Source: Clostridia bacterium (GTDB lineage Bacteria > Bacillota > Clostridia > Christensenellales > Borkfalkiaceae). From it: a stretch of 64,000 nucleotides of DNA. Positions 19,254 to 28,780 of the stretch are shown piece by piece. Both the position numbers and the translations under genes were made by a program. Every line of letters begins with the position of its first letter. Position 1 is the first letter of the stretch. The notes under the pieces were generated by a model. The model was given only the letters and a program-made list of their open reading frames with translations. It was not told where the DNA came from and searched no databases. The DNA lies in contig JAFTHU010000001.1 in assembly GCA_017457215.1 (NCBI GenBank), positions 21,563-85,562 of the forward strand. Direction: 5' to 3'.

Positions 19254-21494
19254 TTAGAATCCCCACGCTGCGAAGTACGGATTAATGGACACACCTTCCG
19301 CATAATAACGGTAGCCCATTTCTTTACAATCCGCCACAAACGAAGCGCGCATTTCTTGAATTGCGATTTCCGTATAATAGCTGTCGTAGAATTGACATAT
19401 TACGAAACGAGGGAAAATCGTTTCCGTTAAAATATGTTCGTACAGTTTATTATACAATGTTTCATCCGTTTCCTTATACTTTTCAATCGCGTAGAACGCG
19501 TCGTCGCAAAGCTTTAACCACGTTTGCATCGTCGCCCAAGGCCAATACAGTTTATCCATTGTGTTGGTACGTCTTTGGGTATAAAATACTTCTGGGTACA
19601 ATACCTGTAATTGCTCGATATGCGCAACCATAATTTCGTAATACTCACGCATAGGTTCTGCAGCTGGCCCAAAATAATTTTCAAAGAATTTGTTCACCAA
19701 CACCCCTGCGTCAAGGTTTACGTCCCGCATAAGCGTATAAGACAAATACGTACGCAACGCACCGAATCCTGCGTAAACTTCGTTTTGTCTGTCCCCTTGA
19801 TGGAAAACAAATTCGCCGCCGATATCTTTCAAGAAACGTAACGTATCGGGAATACCGTCGTAAGAATTATAGGGAACGAGGTATTGCGTGAAGTTTGTAT
19901 CGTAAATCCAGCAATACAGCGTATCCGAAAGCAAGCTCCATTTTTCAAAGGTCGTTTTGTATTGTCTGTTTTGAGGATGATAGAAAGAATCTTGGAAAGA
20001 CGCTTCTATGGGAGCATAGAAAACGCCTACGTTCTCATTACATTCTAATCCGTTTTCGTATGTTTTCACGTAGGGAAGCTCGATAGATTTTCCTTCGTAC
20101 TCGATCACATTTACTTTCGTACCGTCTTCTTTCTCTTCCACTTGCGTAGAAGGCACTACGTAATTATCCATTTCCGTCCCCGCAACCGGAGCTGCCGCCG
20201 TACCGCTATATGCGAAGAACAAAATGGTGAGTTCACGTTTCGGCGTACCGTTCTCTTCCGCTTGACGTTGCAATTCCGCTTGCACCAACGTATCCAAATC
20301 GTTTACAAAAAACATATACATTACTGCATGCGAATCGTGGAAGACTTTGCTGATTTTATTGCAAGTATCACAAATACAATGTCCGTAGCCGTCTTGACGG
20401 GTAAACGTAAGCACCGCGTCATCAGGGTTTGCCGCAATGTTTTTCATTACGGCTTCAAACGCCGCCTGCAGCATCAAATCGTATTCCGCCTTGTTTCCAT
20501 GCGCCGAATAGCAAAGCTGATTGATAGGCGTAGCCGCTTCCCATGCATACCAATCTGGATGAGCTTCCGAATGTTCAGCGACAGGCAAGAAATCCAACGA
20601 GTTATGACAGAAATTCCCGTTAATGGTCGTGAACACGTCTTCAACCGTAACAGGAGACGCCATATAATCAGAATTCGATAAATAGCCGCTGTTCCAACTC
20701 AAATCAAAATCCGGTTTCTCCACGATATCCATATCCGGCAAAGTAGAACCGTCTTTCGTGTATATTTGCATATCTGCAGAATACCATTCGTACCCAAGCA
20801 CTTCGCGGCAGAATGACTGCGCAACGGTTTGATAGCCGTAAAAGCTGTTCACTTTCATAAACACGCTGTCGCCCACCGTTTTAATCATATAACCACTGTA
20901 TCCGAGGTCTACGTCGGTTGCCCACTCGATATTCGCTTCCTGCTCCAATCTTTCGTGCGCAAAAACGATATATTTCGTCGTCGACGTATAGGCAAGCGCG
21001 CGGTTCGCAAGGGTAGTGTCATCAAGCATCAAATCTTGGTCGGCGTCGATGTATAAGTTGGGTTTCGCACCGTTACAAAGACCAATTTGCGAGGCGAGGA
21101 AGCTGGCTGCGTTAATCGCCCTCGCATCATCCGTACCCAAAACAATAATGTATTCCGTCTGACCGTTGGTTGCAAACGGTCTATTCGTTTCCGTAACCGT
21201 TTTTCTATGTAACAACTTTTCTTCGCTGACGTAATGTTCACCCTCGTCGGTTATTGTACCGCCCTCTACGTACTCACGTTCTTCTGAAGATTCTTCCGAC
21301 GAAGAATTGCCTTCCAATTCGGAAGATTCCTCCGACGATTCTTCCGACGAAGAATTGTCTTCCGCTTCAGAGGAACTTGTAATTTCAGAGCTTCCAAGCG
21401 CAGAAGAGGAGGAATCCTCACTCTTTTTTCCACACGCAGCCAAAGTAGAAGCCAACAACAATGCTGCTAATAATATAGAAAGTTTTTTCTTCAT
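19254..21494 (-). CDS. Surface lipoprotein, DUF4838-like glycoside-hydrolase-like protein
   Basis: 746 aa. Lipobox (STLAAC) and a Ser/Glu linker. FCHNSLDFLP, HPDWYAW...NQLCYS and GHCICDTCNK motifs, as I recall them for DUF4838/GH42-like TIM barrels. AAGGAGGAG RBS 12 nt after the upstream stop. Confidence 0.7.
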   Translation of the reverse strand: MKKKLSILLAALLLASTLAACGKKSEDSSSSALGSSEITSSSEAEDNSSSEESSEESSELEGNSSSEESSEEREYVEGGTITDEGEHYVSEEKLLHRKTVTETNRPFATNGQTEYIIVLGTDDARAINAASFLASQIGLCNGAKPNLYIDADQDLMLDDTTLANRALAYTSTTKYIVFAHERLEQEANIEWATDVDLGYSGYMIKTVGDSVFMKVNSFYGYQTVAQSFCREVLGYEWYSADMQIYTKDGSTLPDMDIVEKPDFDLSWNSGYLSNSDYMASPVTVEDVFTTINGNFCHNSLDFLPVAEHSEAHPDWYAWEAATPINQLCYSAHGNKAEYDLMLQAAFEAVMKNIAANPDDAVLTFTRQDGYGHCICDTCNKISKVFHDSHAVMYMFFVNDLDTLVQAELQRQAEENGTPKRELTILFFAYSGTAAAPVAGTEMDNYVVPSTQVEEKEDGTKVNVIEYEGKSIELPYVKTYENGLECNENVGVFYAPIEASFQDSFYHPQNRQYKTTFEKWSLLSDTLYCWIYDTNFTQYLVPYNSYDGIPDTLRFLKDIGGEFVFHQGDRQNEVYAGFGALRTYLSYTLMRDVNLDAGVLVNKFFENYFGPAAEPMREYYEIMVAHIEQLQVLYPEVFYTQRRTNTMDKLYWPWATMQTWLKLCDDAFYAIEKYKETDETLYNKLYEHILTETIFPRFVICQFYDSYYTEIAIQEMRASFVADCKEMGYRYYAEGVSINPYFAAWGF

Positions 21495-21506
21495 TTTGCT
21501 CCTCCT

Positions 21507-24500
21507 TTATGCCTCGACCCTAACGACGTATTCCACCAATTTCTGATTACCAGTTTCGTCGTATACTACGTTGATAAACTTGTAATCACCCACGTTGGTA
21601 AACGTAAAGCTGTATTGAATATATTGTATTGAACCATCTGAAAGAACTTTATAATCGTAACCAAAATTACGAACGTCCCCATACGGATTGCGTACCATTC
21701 TGTACACTTTCATTTCCGCAATTGAAGAGAAGTCGTCCTCGATATAAATTTCAGGAAGCACAACCGTATCGCCAACTTTCGCCGTCGCCGACCACGTATC
21801 CGCTACCGTCGCCGTAGGCGCTTTACGGTCAAATACGTTCACCGTATAAACCAGCGGCCCAACGTTGTTGTTAAAATCTTGCGCCGTATATTCCACCGAA
21901 TACTGCCCGTACTGTTTAAGCTCAATCGTGTATGCGCGGTTCGTACTCACGTTTTCCAAAAGCAAGCCGTTTACGTCTTTTACAAGTTCGCCGTCTGGCG
22001 TTCTTACCGTAACAAAACAGGAAACATCCATGTCTAAAGTATCGCTTGCAATTGCTTTCTCTACGACGTATGTCCCGTTGAGTTTATGAATACCGCCGTA
22101 AATGCCGTCGATGGCGATTCTCGGAGCAGTTCTGTCCATCGTAGAAGAAGTGATGACGTTATTATCAAATTGTTCAACGATATAACCGTCGCCACTTGCA
22201 ACGCCAATAACTTCCGTGCTAATATAAACTTTTTTAGACGGGAAACCATTGAAAGGATTTCCGTTATCGTCGTTTGCAACGGTTACAGCAATGGAGTCCA
22301 CGTAGAATTTACCAAACTTGTAGGCAAAATAGAATTCATCCAAAGCGTTTCCATTTTCATCGTTACCGATATTGAAACCTTTTTTCAATTCTCTATGTGT
22401 ATCGCCGAAGTTTATCCACAAATAGCCATTGCTTGCCGTATACACGTTCATAGTAACCGCAATATTGCTGTCCTCATAATCGGTAAAGGTTACTTTAAAG
22501 CCTTCAAATTCACTTTGACCCTTTATCCCCTTAACGTTTATCGAAGCGCCTTCCGCCGCAACGGGATTTGCATAAATCCAAGAAATATTGCCGTCCTCTT
22601 GTGCAAGTAACGTCAAACCATCACGGTTTCTCTCTGCGGTAAAGTTTTCACCGAGGAACATATTTTCAATAAAGAAATTAATTCTACCTCTATCACCCTC
22701 CAGCAAAGCTTCCACCATGGGAATCGTTTTTTCGTAGCTTGCGCCGCCTACCGTAAACGTCATCGTAACCGAAGAACTTCCCTCGGCTATTGCAGGAATA
22801 AAAGTATCGCCTGCGTTATAAGAAACCGTGCCGTTTGCGTCCACCAACGTCATCTGCGCAATGCATTCCGTCTTCGTTCCCGTAGAATAATCGTATGCGA
22901 GAACCGTGGGCACCGTGTAACGAACGTTCGCAAGCAAATATCTGGGTAAAACAGGCTCGTCTACGAAGACGGGCTTCGTACCCCAATCGATTGTGATTTC
23001 ATAGCTAAAATCACGTACGCTACCCACGAAATCTTTTGCGACGTATTCAATCGTCCACACACCCGCCTCTTCGGGAAGGAACATTCCGTTAGAAACGTCT
23101 AAAACCGTTGTACCGTTTTTCGCCGTAATGGAAACGCTACTATCGCCGCCGCCACCCGACACGCTATACTTTGCCAAATCGATTTTTTCCCCGCACACGC
23201 CGCTTGTTTGCGCATCTTGCGTATCTACTGTCAGCGTGAGGGGATTTGCAGCCGTTTTCGTCGCGGTAATCCAATACAATTTTTCCGTAACGTTCCCCAT
23301 TGCGTCCACTGCTTTATAAACAATCGTATATTTACCCGCTTTGTTTACCAAGAAAGTTCCGTTAATAATCGAACGCTCTACTTTGCTATTGTTATAATCG
23401 AAATACACCTTCGTTTCCACTTTCAAGTCGCCCGAATACATATCGAAACCAGTTGCTTTTGGAACGGGGAAGTTGCAACCGACCAGCGCCGTAGGGATAA
23501 ATTGATAGGTGCCGTTTTCAAAAGAAACGTATTTCTCCTCTACGTTGACCGTAATGTCCGGCGCGTCGCTGTCCATAAATTTATTTTCCGCCGTTAAATC
23601 GTAATCGTAAATCTTCGAAAGGCAGAAATTCACACGTTCAGCCGCACACCCGTCTACTCGAACGGAAAGAAATACTTTATTACTAGGGAAACCGTACCAA
23701 AGAGGTTCTTTTTCGTAATATTCCGCATTATCCAAATCCGACATCCAATTTCCATTGATAAAGGTCTTTACTTCCTTACTATCGTACGACAGAGTAAACG
23801 AACACTTGTCTGCGGTAACGTCCCAAAAACGAACCGGATTATACGAACCGTTTTGTGAATAGAACGAAGCATTGGTGGCTACCGTGCCGCAAATACCGTC
23901 TTGTACCGTTGCCGCTGTAGAATATCTACTGGCATTGTTGTCCCATCCGGAAAGCGTCTGATTGGCTCCAGCCGACGTCCAATAGCTGGCAAATCTTTGG
24001 TTATTCGTAGACGATCTGTTTCCACGGAAGGTTAATGTTTGGGTGGAATCGGTTGCATCCGTAAGGGTAAAAATAAGCTTATCAAATTCATACGTACCTA
24101 CCGTTTCAGGATTTATAAATCCCTTAATCAAGGTGTCGGTGGCTTTAAGCGTGCTCAAATCGATTATTTTGTTGAACGTCAAAACGTCGTTCGCCGCAAG
24201 CCCGACAAGCAGACACGAAGTATCCCCTACCTTGCCGTATTCTACCGTAGTATTAGATTTTTTATAGCTCCAAAGTTTATCGGCAACCAAGAAGTCTACT
24301 TCTTCCGTGTATGTTTCAGAATCGGCTTTTGCTTCGTAAATCAACGTATATTGTCCGGGAGAATCCAACTTCATATCCCCGCTTTCAATCTCCATTTTCG
24401 TGCCGTTGGGATATTCCAATTTGATACTTGCATCGTATTGATTGCCGTTAATAGAAACGTAACGATCAGGTATGGAAATAACCTCGTCGCGTACGTATTG

Positions 24501-24638
24501 CGTTTCTATTGCAATCTCGTTCCACGTCGGCGTGTTCGAAGCCTTGCCTGCCAGCACAGAGCTTCCAAGGGGCGCTATCAATGCGCCCGCCGCCACTGTT
24601 AATACAGATGTAATAAGAATTTTTTTCATTCTCTTCAT
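21507..24638 (-). CDS. Exported multi-domain protein with repeated Ig-like (HYR/DUF5011-type) and lectin-like modules
   Basis: 1043 aa with an N-terminal signal/anchor (KKILITSVLTVAAGALIAPLGSSVLAG). At least five G.Y.(I/V).Y.A.D..GN-type repeats and two (Y/N)GFPS.KV(F/Y).S..V.G modules. No lipobox and no LPXTG. AAGGAGAG RBS. Confidence 0.8.
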   Translation of the reverse strand: MKRMKKILITSVLTVAAGALIAPLGSSVLAGKASNTPTWNEIAIETQYVRDEVISIPDRYVSINGNQYDASIKLEYPNGTKMEIESGDMKLDSPGQYTLIYEAKADSETYTEEVDFLVADKLWSYKKSNTTVEYGKVGDTSCLLVGLAANDVLTFNKIIDLSTLKATDTLIKGFINPETVGTYEFDKLIFTLTDATDSTQTLTFRGNRSSTNNQRFASYWTSAGANQTLSGWDNNASRYSTAATVQDGICGTVATNASFYSQNGSYNPVRFWDVTADKCSFTLSYDSKEVKTFINGNWMSDLDNAEYYEKEPLWYGFPSNKVFLSVRVDGCAAERVNFCLSKIYDYDLTAENKFMDSDAPDITVNVEEKYVSFENGTYQFIPTALVGCNFPVPKATGFDMYSGDLKVETKVYFDYNNSKVERSIINGTFLVNKAGKYTIVYKAVDAMGNVTEKLYWITATKTAANPLTLTVDTQDAQTSGVCGEKIDLAKYSVSGGGGDSSVSITAKNGTTVLDVSNGMFLPEEAGVWTIEYVAKDFVGSVRDFSYEITIDWGTKPVFVDEPVLPRYLLANVRYTVPTVLAYDYSTGTKTECIAQMTLVDANGTVSYNAGDTFIPAIAEGSSSVTMTFTVGGASYEKTIPMVEALLEGDRGRINFFIENMFLGENFTAERNRDGLTLLAQEDGNISWIYANPVAAEGASINVKGIKGQSEFEGFKVTFTDYEDSNIAVTMNVYTASNGYLWINFGDTHRELKKGFNIGNDENGNALDEFYFAYKFGKFYVDSIAVTVANDDNGNPFNGFPSKKVYISTEVIGVASGDGYIVEQFDNNVITSSTMDRTAPRIAIDGIYGGIHKLNGTYVVEKAIASDTLDMDVSCFVTVRTPDGELVKDVNGLLLENVSTNRAYTIELKQYGQYSVEYTAQDFNNNVGPLVYTVNVFDRKAPTATVADTWSATAKVGDTVVLPEIYIEDDFSSIAEMKVYRMVRNPYGDVRNFGYDYKVLSDGSIQYIQYSFTFTNVGDYKFINVVYDETGNQKLVEYVVRVEA

Positions 24639-24665
24639 CTATTTTCTCTCCTTTTATTTTTTTAA

Positions 24666-25784
24666 TTAACCTTTTACGCCACCCATTGTAAGATTGCCGA
24701 GCAAGCGTTTTTGGAAACACGCAAATAAAACACATACGGGCGCAGCCGTCAATACCGCCGCCGCCATTCTCGCAGGTACTGTCGTATGGTCAAACTTCAG
24801 CGAATCCCCGTTATAACTCATAATTTGGTTCAACCCCATTGCAATCGTGGGATAATTGGGCGTAAATACCATCGGAGCTTGATATTCGTTCCAAAATTCG
24901 ATAAACTTAATCAAAAGCACCGTAAAGAAAGTATTCTTAATTAAAGGTAAAGCGATTTTGAAGAATATCTGGAAATTGTTTGCGCCGTCCATTTTCGCCG
25001 CTTCCGAGAAAGACGTAGGCAAGGCTTTACAAATATCGTAAAACACGAGGAAATACAAACCGAGGAAGTTCGACCTCATTACCCATAAGCCCCACGCTTT
25101 ATCGTATATGTGCGTATATTGCGCCATCTTAATTTCCGAAGGCAAACTGCCGACGATGGGAATCATCATAACGATAATAACCGTCGTGTGCATGATACGC
25201 GAAAATTTATATTGGAAACGCGCGCACGCATAAGCGGCTATACAAGGCACGAACGTTGCACCGAACGCGCATCCGCCTGCATACAAAATACTGTTTCCGT
25301 ACATTTGCCACATACCGATATTTCCGCGGCGCTGTGTGTTATACGCAAAATCCGCAAGAATGTGTTTGTAGGTATAGAAAGGCAAAAATCCATGCATTTC
25401 TTCTCTCTGTGCGCGAATTTCATCCAACATAACGTCCAAAGTATCTATTTCGGCCATGCAATTGTTCAACGCACCTTTCGCTGCATCATATTGGCTTTTA
25501 TAGTCACGACCCAATGCGTAAAATCTATCAACCTCAGCCTGCAAGTCAATCGCCAAAGCCTCCAACGAGATGATTTTTGCCTCTATCCAATCCTCGTAAC
25601 CAGAATAGCTACTAAAGAAGTTTTTCGGCTCCCATCTGTAAAAGCTTAAGCTTACTTTGAAAGAGGTACAAACCCCCCAAAGTAAAAGATAGAAAAAGGT
25701 AATACAATATAAAATCAGAACGACCAGCAAAATTACCGTCAACGGAGTAAAAGTATTTTTCTTTTCTTTTATCTTATTTTTCAT
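24666..25784 (-). CDS. Carbohydrate ABC transporter permease (MalG/LplC-type) with an enlarged first external loop
   Basis: Start moved to ATG 25784 (MKNKIKEKK...), with GAGGAGGA upstream, 10 nt after the previous stop. Carries the EAA-like region SFSEAAKMDGANNFQIFFKIALP. Confidence 0.85.
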   Translation of the reverse strand: MKNKIKEKKNTFTPLTVILLVVLILYCITFFYLLLWGVCTSFKVSLSFYRWEPKNFFSSYSGYEDWIEAKIISLEALAIDLQAEVDRFYALGRDYKSQYDAAKGALNNCMAEIDTLDVMLDEIRAQREEMHGFLPFYTYKHILADFAYNTQRRGNIGMWQMYGNSILYAGGCAFGATFVPCIAAYACARFQYKFSRIMHTTVIIVMMIPIVGSLPSEIKMAQYTHIYDKAWGLWVMRSNFLGLYFLVFYDICKALPTSFSEAAKMDGANNFQIFFKIALPLIKNTFFTVLLIKFIEFWNEYQAPMVFTPNYPTIAMGLNQIMSYNGDSLKFDHTTVPARMAAAVLTAAPVCVLFACFQKRLLGNLTMGGVKG

Positions 25785-25794
25785 ACTCTCCTCC

Positions 25795-26742
25795 TCACTC
25801 TTCACTCGGTCCGAACTTTTCAAACGCCCAACGACAAGTGAGCGCAACGGGAATCGTAATCATTGTCAATACGACGCCGATTGCCGAGAACATAGGAATC
25901 TGTGCCGAATCCTCCGCTTTTGCAAGATGCGAAAACTTGCCCTTTACTTCCACGAAGAAATAATAACCTACACCCTTTACGTTTGGACTTGCCGTGCCTT
26001 GGAACATTTCGTACGCGCCGAATTGGTTAACAAAAATCTGCGCCACGCCCGTAATTAAGAACACGGAAACGGTAGAATAAGTAAGCGGCAATACGATATG
26101 CCAAAATTCCTTTAATCCCGTCGCGCCGTCCAAATGCGCCGATTCGATAATTTCTTCCGAAATGCTGGACATTTTATTGGAATACATCAAAACCGTCGTA
26201 CCAAAACCAATCCAAATGTTATAAAACATCAATACGGGGAATTGCAAATCTCTATCTATCGCCAGCAAATTGCCCACGCTAGGAAGCACCACGGGAACAT
26301 ATTCGGACAAGAACCAGTTAAACATCAACGCGATAACAACACCCGAAATAATTTTGGGTAAAAATAAAATTACGCGGAATGCACCCCAACCAATCAATTT
26401 CTTGTAAATATAATAAGCAAATAACAATCCCAAAGGAACAGAAATGCAGTGCGTAATCAAAAATGCGCGAAGCGAAACGCTTACCATGTTCACGAAATTG
26501 CCATCCATCCACGTAGTGAATACGTGTTTATATTGCGCGAAAGAAAAATTATCCCAAATAATAGCGCCCGTAGTATTATCAAAATCCGTGGCAACTTTAA
26601 ACGACATCAAAATCGAGTTAAAATTTACCCCTATGTAATATACGCAGAACTGCAGTACGGGCCAAGCCAAAAAGATACAATAAAAGATTAAATCCCCTTT
26701 ATTGATTTTCGGCTTCTTAATTTTTTTCTTAATCTCATTCAT
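25795..26742 (-). CDS. Carbohydrate ABC transporter permease (MalF/LplB-type)
   Basis: 315 aa with six hydrophobic segments and the EAA motif IIESAHLDGATGLKEFWHIVLP. Confidence 0.85.
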   Translation of the reverse strand: MNEIKKKIKKPKINKGDLIFYCIFLAWPVLQFCVYYIGVNFNSILMSFKVATDFDNTTGAIIWDNFSFAQYKHVFTTWMDGNFVNMVSVSLRAFLITHCISVPLGLLFAYYIYKKLIGWGAFRVILFLPKIISGVVIALMFNWFLSEYVPVVLPSVGNLLAIDRDLQFPVLMFYNIWIGFGTTVLMYSNKMSSISEEIIESAHLDGATGLKEFWHIVLPLTYSTVSVFLITGVAQIFVNQFGAYEMFQGTASPNVKGVGYYFFVEVKGKFSHLAKAEDSAQIPMFSAIGVVLTMITIPVALTCRWAFEKFGPSEE

Positions 26743-26758
26743 ACTTTTTCCTCTTGTA

Positions 26759-26781
26759 GCTCCCCGCTTGCCGCGGGGAGC
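26759..26781 (-). promoter_or_regulatory. Intercistronic stem-loop just downstream of the binding-protein gene
   Basis: GCTCCCCGC (26759-26767) / GCGGGGAGC (26773-26781) with a 5-nt loop and no U-tract on the sense strand. The position is typical of an mRNA-stabilising hairpin after an SBP gene. Confidence 0.55.
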
Positions 26782-26800
26782 CGATTTTTAGAAAAGATTC

Positions 26801-28669
26801 TTATTTGATTTTTATAATTTCAATAGCCCACTTGTATTTTTGCTGTGCATAGAAACCCTTGAAATAAGTTTCCGTAGATACACCTTTATTCAGTTCGTCA
26901 ACAACCACGTCATACGTAGCGTCGCCGATTTGCGAGCTGAAAGCTTTCTTATATTCGCTAAACGAAGATTCATTAAGCTGGTAGAATTCATTTTTAGAGA
27001 ACGTATATACGATATCCGATTTTTCTTGCATCGTCATCAGCGATCTGCCGTATGCAGACATCTTTGCCTTTTGCGCGTCCGTCATAGTATATTGAACAGC
27101 CTTGGTCGTATCGGTAATAATCGAGAAATCCGCAAGCGATTCGTTCGTGTACGCAAATTGAATAAAATCTTTTGCTATTTCATATTCCGCATCGGAAACT
27201 CCCGCGCCAATAAAGCAGAGGGAATTGTGCGTATCCGTCAACGTAAAGCCCTTATTGCCTTTTTGCATCTCTGCCGCTCTCGCTTGTGCCGCAGCTTCGT
27301 CTACGCAAGGAAGAGGCATCCAACCGTAACGGTTTTTATAATTTTCTTTTTTGCTAGCTTCCATATCTGCAAACGACTTCGCTGCTTCCATTTCCCACCA
27401 ACAACCGTCAATCAACATTGCCGCATTGTTCGTTGCGGGCGTTACGCCTTTTACGAAGTCCGTTTGCGCCGTCGTTTGTTCGTAGGTGGTATCCGTACCG
27501 CCTATGCACCACCCGTTCTCCAAAATCGTCGACATGAAGTCAAGCGCATAATATTTACCAGCCTGTCTACCCAACTCGTAACCGTTAACCGTTCCGTCAA
27601 TCACCAATTTTTCCGTTACGATATTGCCGTTTTCGTCCGTCTTAATCGAACCGTCTTCGTTGAACACGATCAAATCTTCTGCCGTACCGTCAAAGGAATA
27701 GTTCAAAGCCATTTGCTCCAAACCCATATTGTTCGCAGAAAGCGCCGTCAAGAACCAGTTGATGTATTCTTGTCTGTATTTACCCGCCCAAGAAATAGGT
27801 TTGTTCGTATTCTTAATTACTTCGCAAAGCGCATAAAATTCCGCATACGTCGTGGGCAAACCGTCGTCTTCGTTTCCGTAAATCCCATCGGGACCCGCCG
27901 TTTTCTTGTCCTCGGGATACATAACAAAACAGTTATCCGGATTTCCCTCGAGATCTGCTTTATCGTATTCATCCCAGAAATACCAGTTATTCGCGTCAAA
28001 CATATATTTATTATAAGAGATACCTACGTAACCTGCATAATGGGGAATACCGTAATACTTACCGTCTCTCTTATAATAGTCTACCTGTTCCGCCGTAAGC
28101 TTGCTTTCCAACGTAACGCCAGGTTCATAAGGGTTATCGCTCGTCATAACCTCTGTCATATCCGCGAACATACCCTTTTTAACCAACTGGTTATAAAATA
28201 CTTGTTCCTGGAACCAAATATCGTACGTATCCCCTGCCGCTGCCATAGACGACATAACCGATTTTGCAGCTGTAATATCAAATTCTACACCGTCATACGT
28301 AACGCCGTCGACAACAAATTCTTTCCCTGCGCGGACTTTCTTATAGCGCGAAACCAAAGAGTCCAACCAAGCTCTGCCGTAACCGCCCGAGAACGAGTAC
28401 ATCGTCAATTTGTACGGATTCTTCGCTTCCACAACGTCGCCGTCCTCTTCAGAAGAAGAGCTGCTTTCTTCGCCCCCCACAGACTCGGAAGAGCTGCTTT
28501 CTTCGCTGCCCACGGACTCGGAAGAGCTACTTTCTTCGCCCCCCACAGACTCGGAAGAGCTGTTCTTAGCCGACGAACTGCTTGCATCGTTACCGCCACA
28601 AGCAACCATACCGAACGCCATCACCATAGCAAGCACGCCGGTCAACCATTTTTTCATTGTTTTTTTCAT
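26801..28669 (-). CDS. Extracellular solute-binding lipoprotein (large LplA-type sugar-binding protein)
   Basis: Start moved to ATG 28669 (MKKTMKKWLTGVLAMVMAFGMVAC...), with GAGGA 8 nt upstream. Lipobox Cys, then three SSSESVG(G/S)EE repeats and a family-1 SBP-like body. Confidence 0.85.
   Translation of the reverse strand: MKKTMKKWLTGVLAMVMAFGMVACGGNDASSSSAKNSSSESVGGEESSSSESVGSEESSSSESVGGEESSSSSEEDGDVVEAKNPYKLTMYSFSGGYGRAWLDSLVSRYKKVRAGKEFVVDGVTYDGVEFDITAAKSVMSSMAAAGDTYDIWFQEQVFYNQLVKKGMFADMTEVMTSDNPYEPGVTLESKLTAEQVDYYKRDGKYYGIPHYAGYVGISYNKYMFDANNWYFWDEYDKADLEGNPDNCFVMYPEDKKTAGPDGIYGNEDDGLPTTYAEFYALCEVIKNTNKPISWAGKYRQEYINWFLTALSANNMGLEQMALNYSFDGTAEDLIVFNEDGSIKTDENGNIVTEKLVIDGTVNGYELGRQAGKYYALDFMSTILENGWCIGGTDTTYEQTTAQTDFVKGVTPATNNAAMLIDGCWWEMEAAKSFADMEASKKENYKNRYGWMPLPCVDEAAAQARAAEMQKGNKGFTLTDTHNSLCFIGAGVSDAEYEIAKDFIQFAYTNESLADFSIITDTTKAVQYTMTDAQKAKMSAYGRSLMTMQEKSDIVYTFSKNEFYQLNESSFSEYKKAFSSQIGDATYDVVVDELNKGVSTETYFKGFYAQQKYKWAIEIIKIK
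28455..28562 (-). repeat. 3.3 tandem copies of a 33-bp repeat encoding the SBP linker
   Basis: Units at 28455-28487, 28488-28520 and 28521-28553, plus a partial unit to 28562 (gaagagctgctttcttcgccccccacagactcg and variants). Confidence 0.9.
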
Positions 28670-28718
28670 AGCATTTTTCCTCGCATATATTAATTTTATT
28701 TTTTTCATTTAAGCATTT

Positions 28719-28756
28719 TTGTTTGTTGTTCTCACAACAAACAACCCCCATGGGGG
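28719..28756 (-). promoter_or_regulatory. Two adjacent intercistronic hairpins upstream of the SBP gene
   Basis: TTGTTTGTTGT-tctc-ACAACAAACAA (28719-28744) is immediately followed by the palindrome CCCCCATGGGGG (28745-28756). Confidence 0.55.
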
Positions 28757-28780
28757 TAAATTTAAGTTATTTTTTTCGGG

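Noticed and set aside
26840-28693. 617-aa ORF on the plus strand, antisense to the solute-binding protein gene
   Set aside because: It has an Arg/Phe/Ile-rich nonsense-like composition, no RBS and no recognisable motif. It is fully overlapped by a strongly supported lipoprotein gene on the other strand, so it is a shadow ORF.
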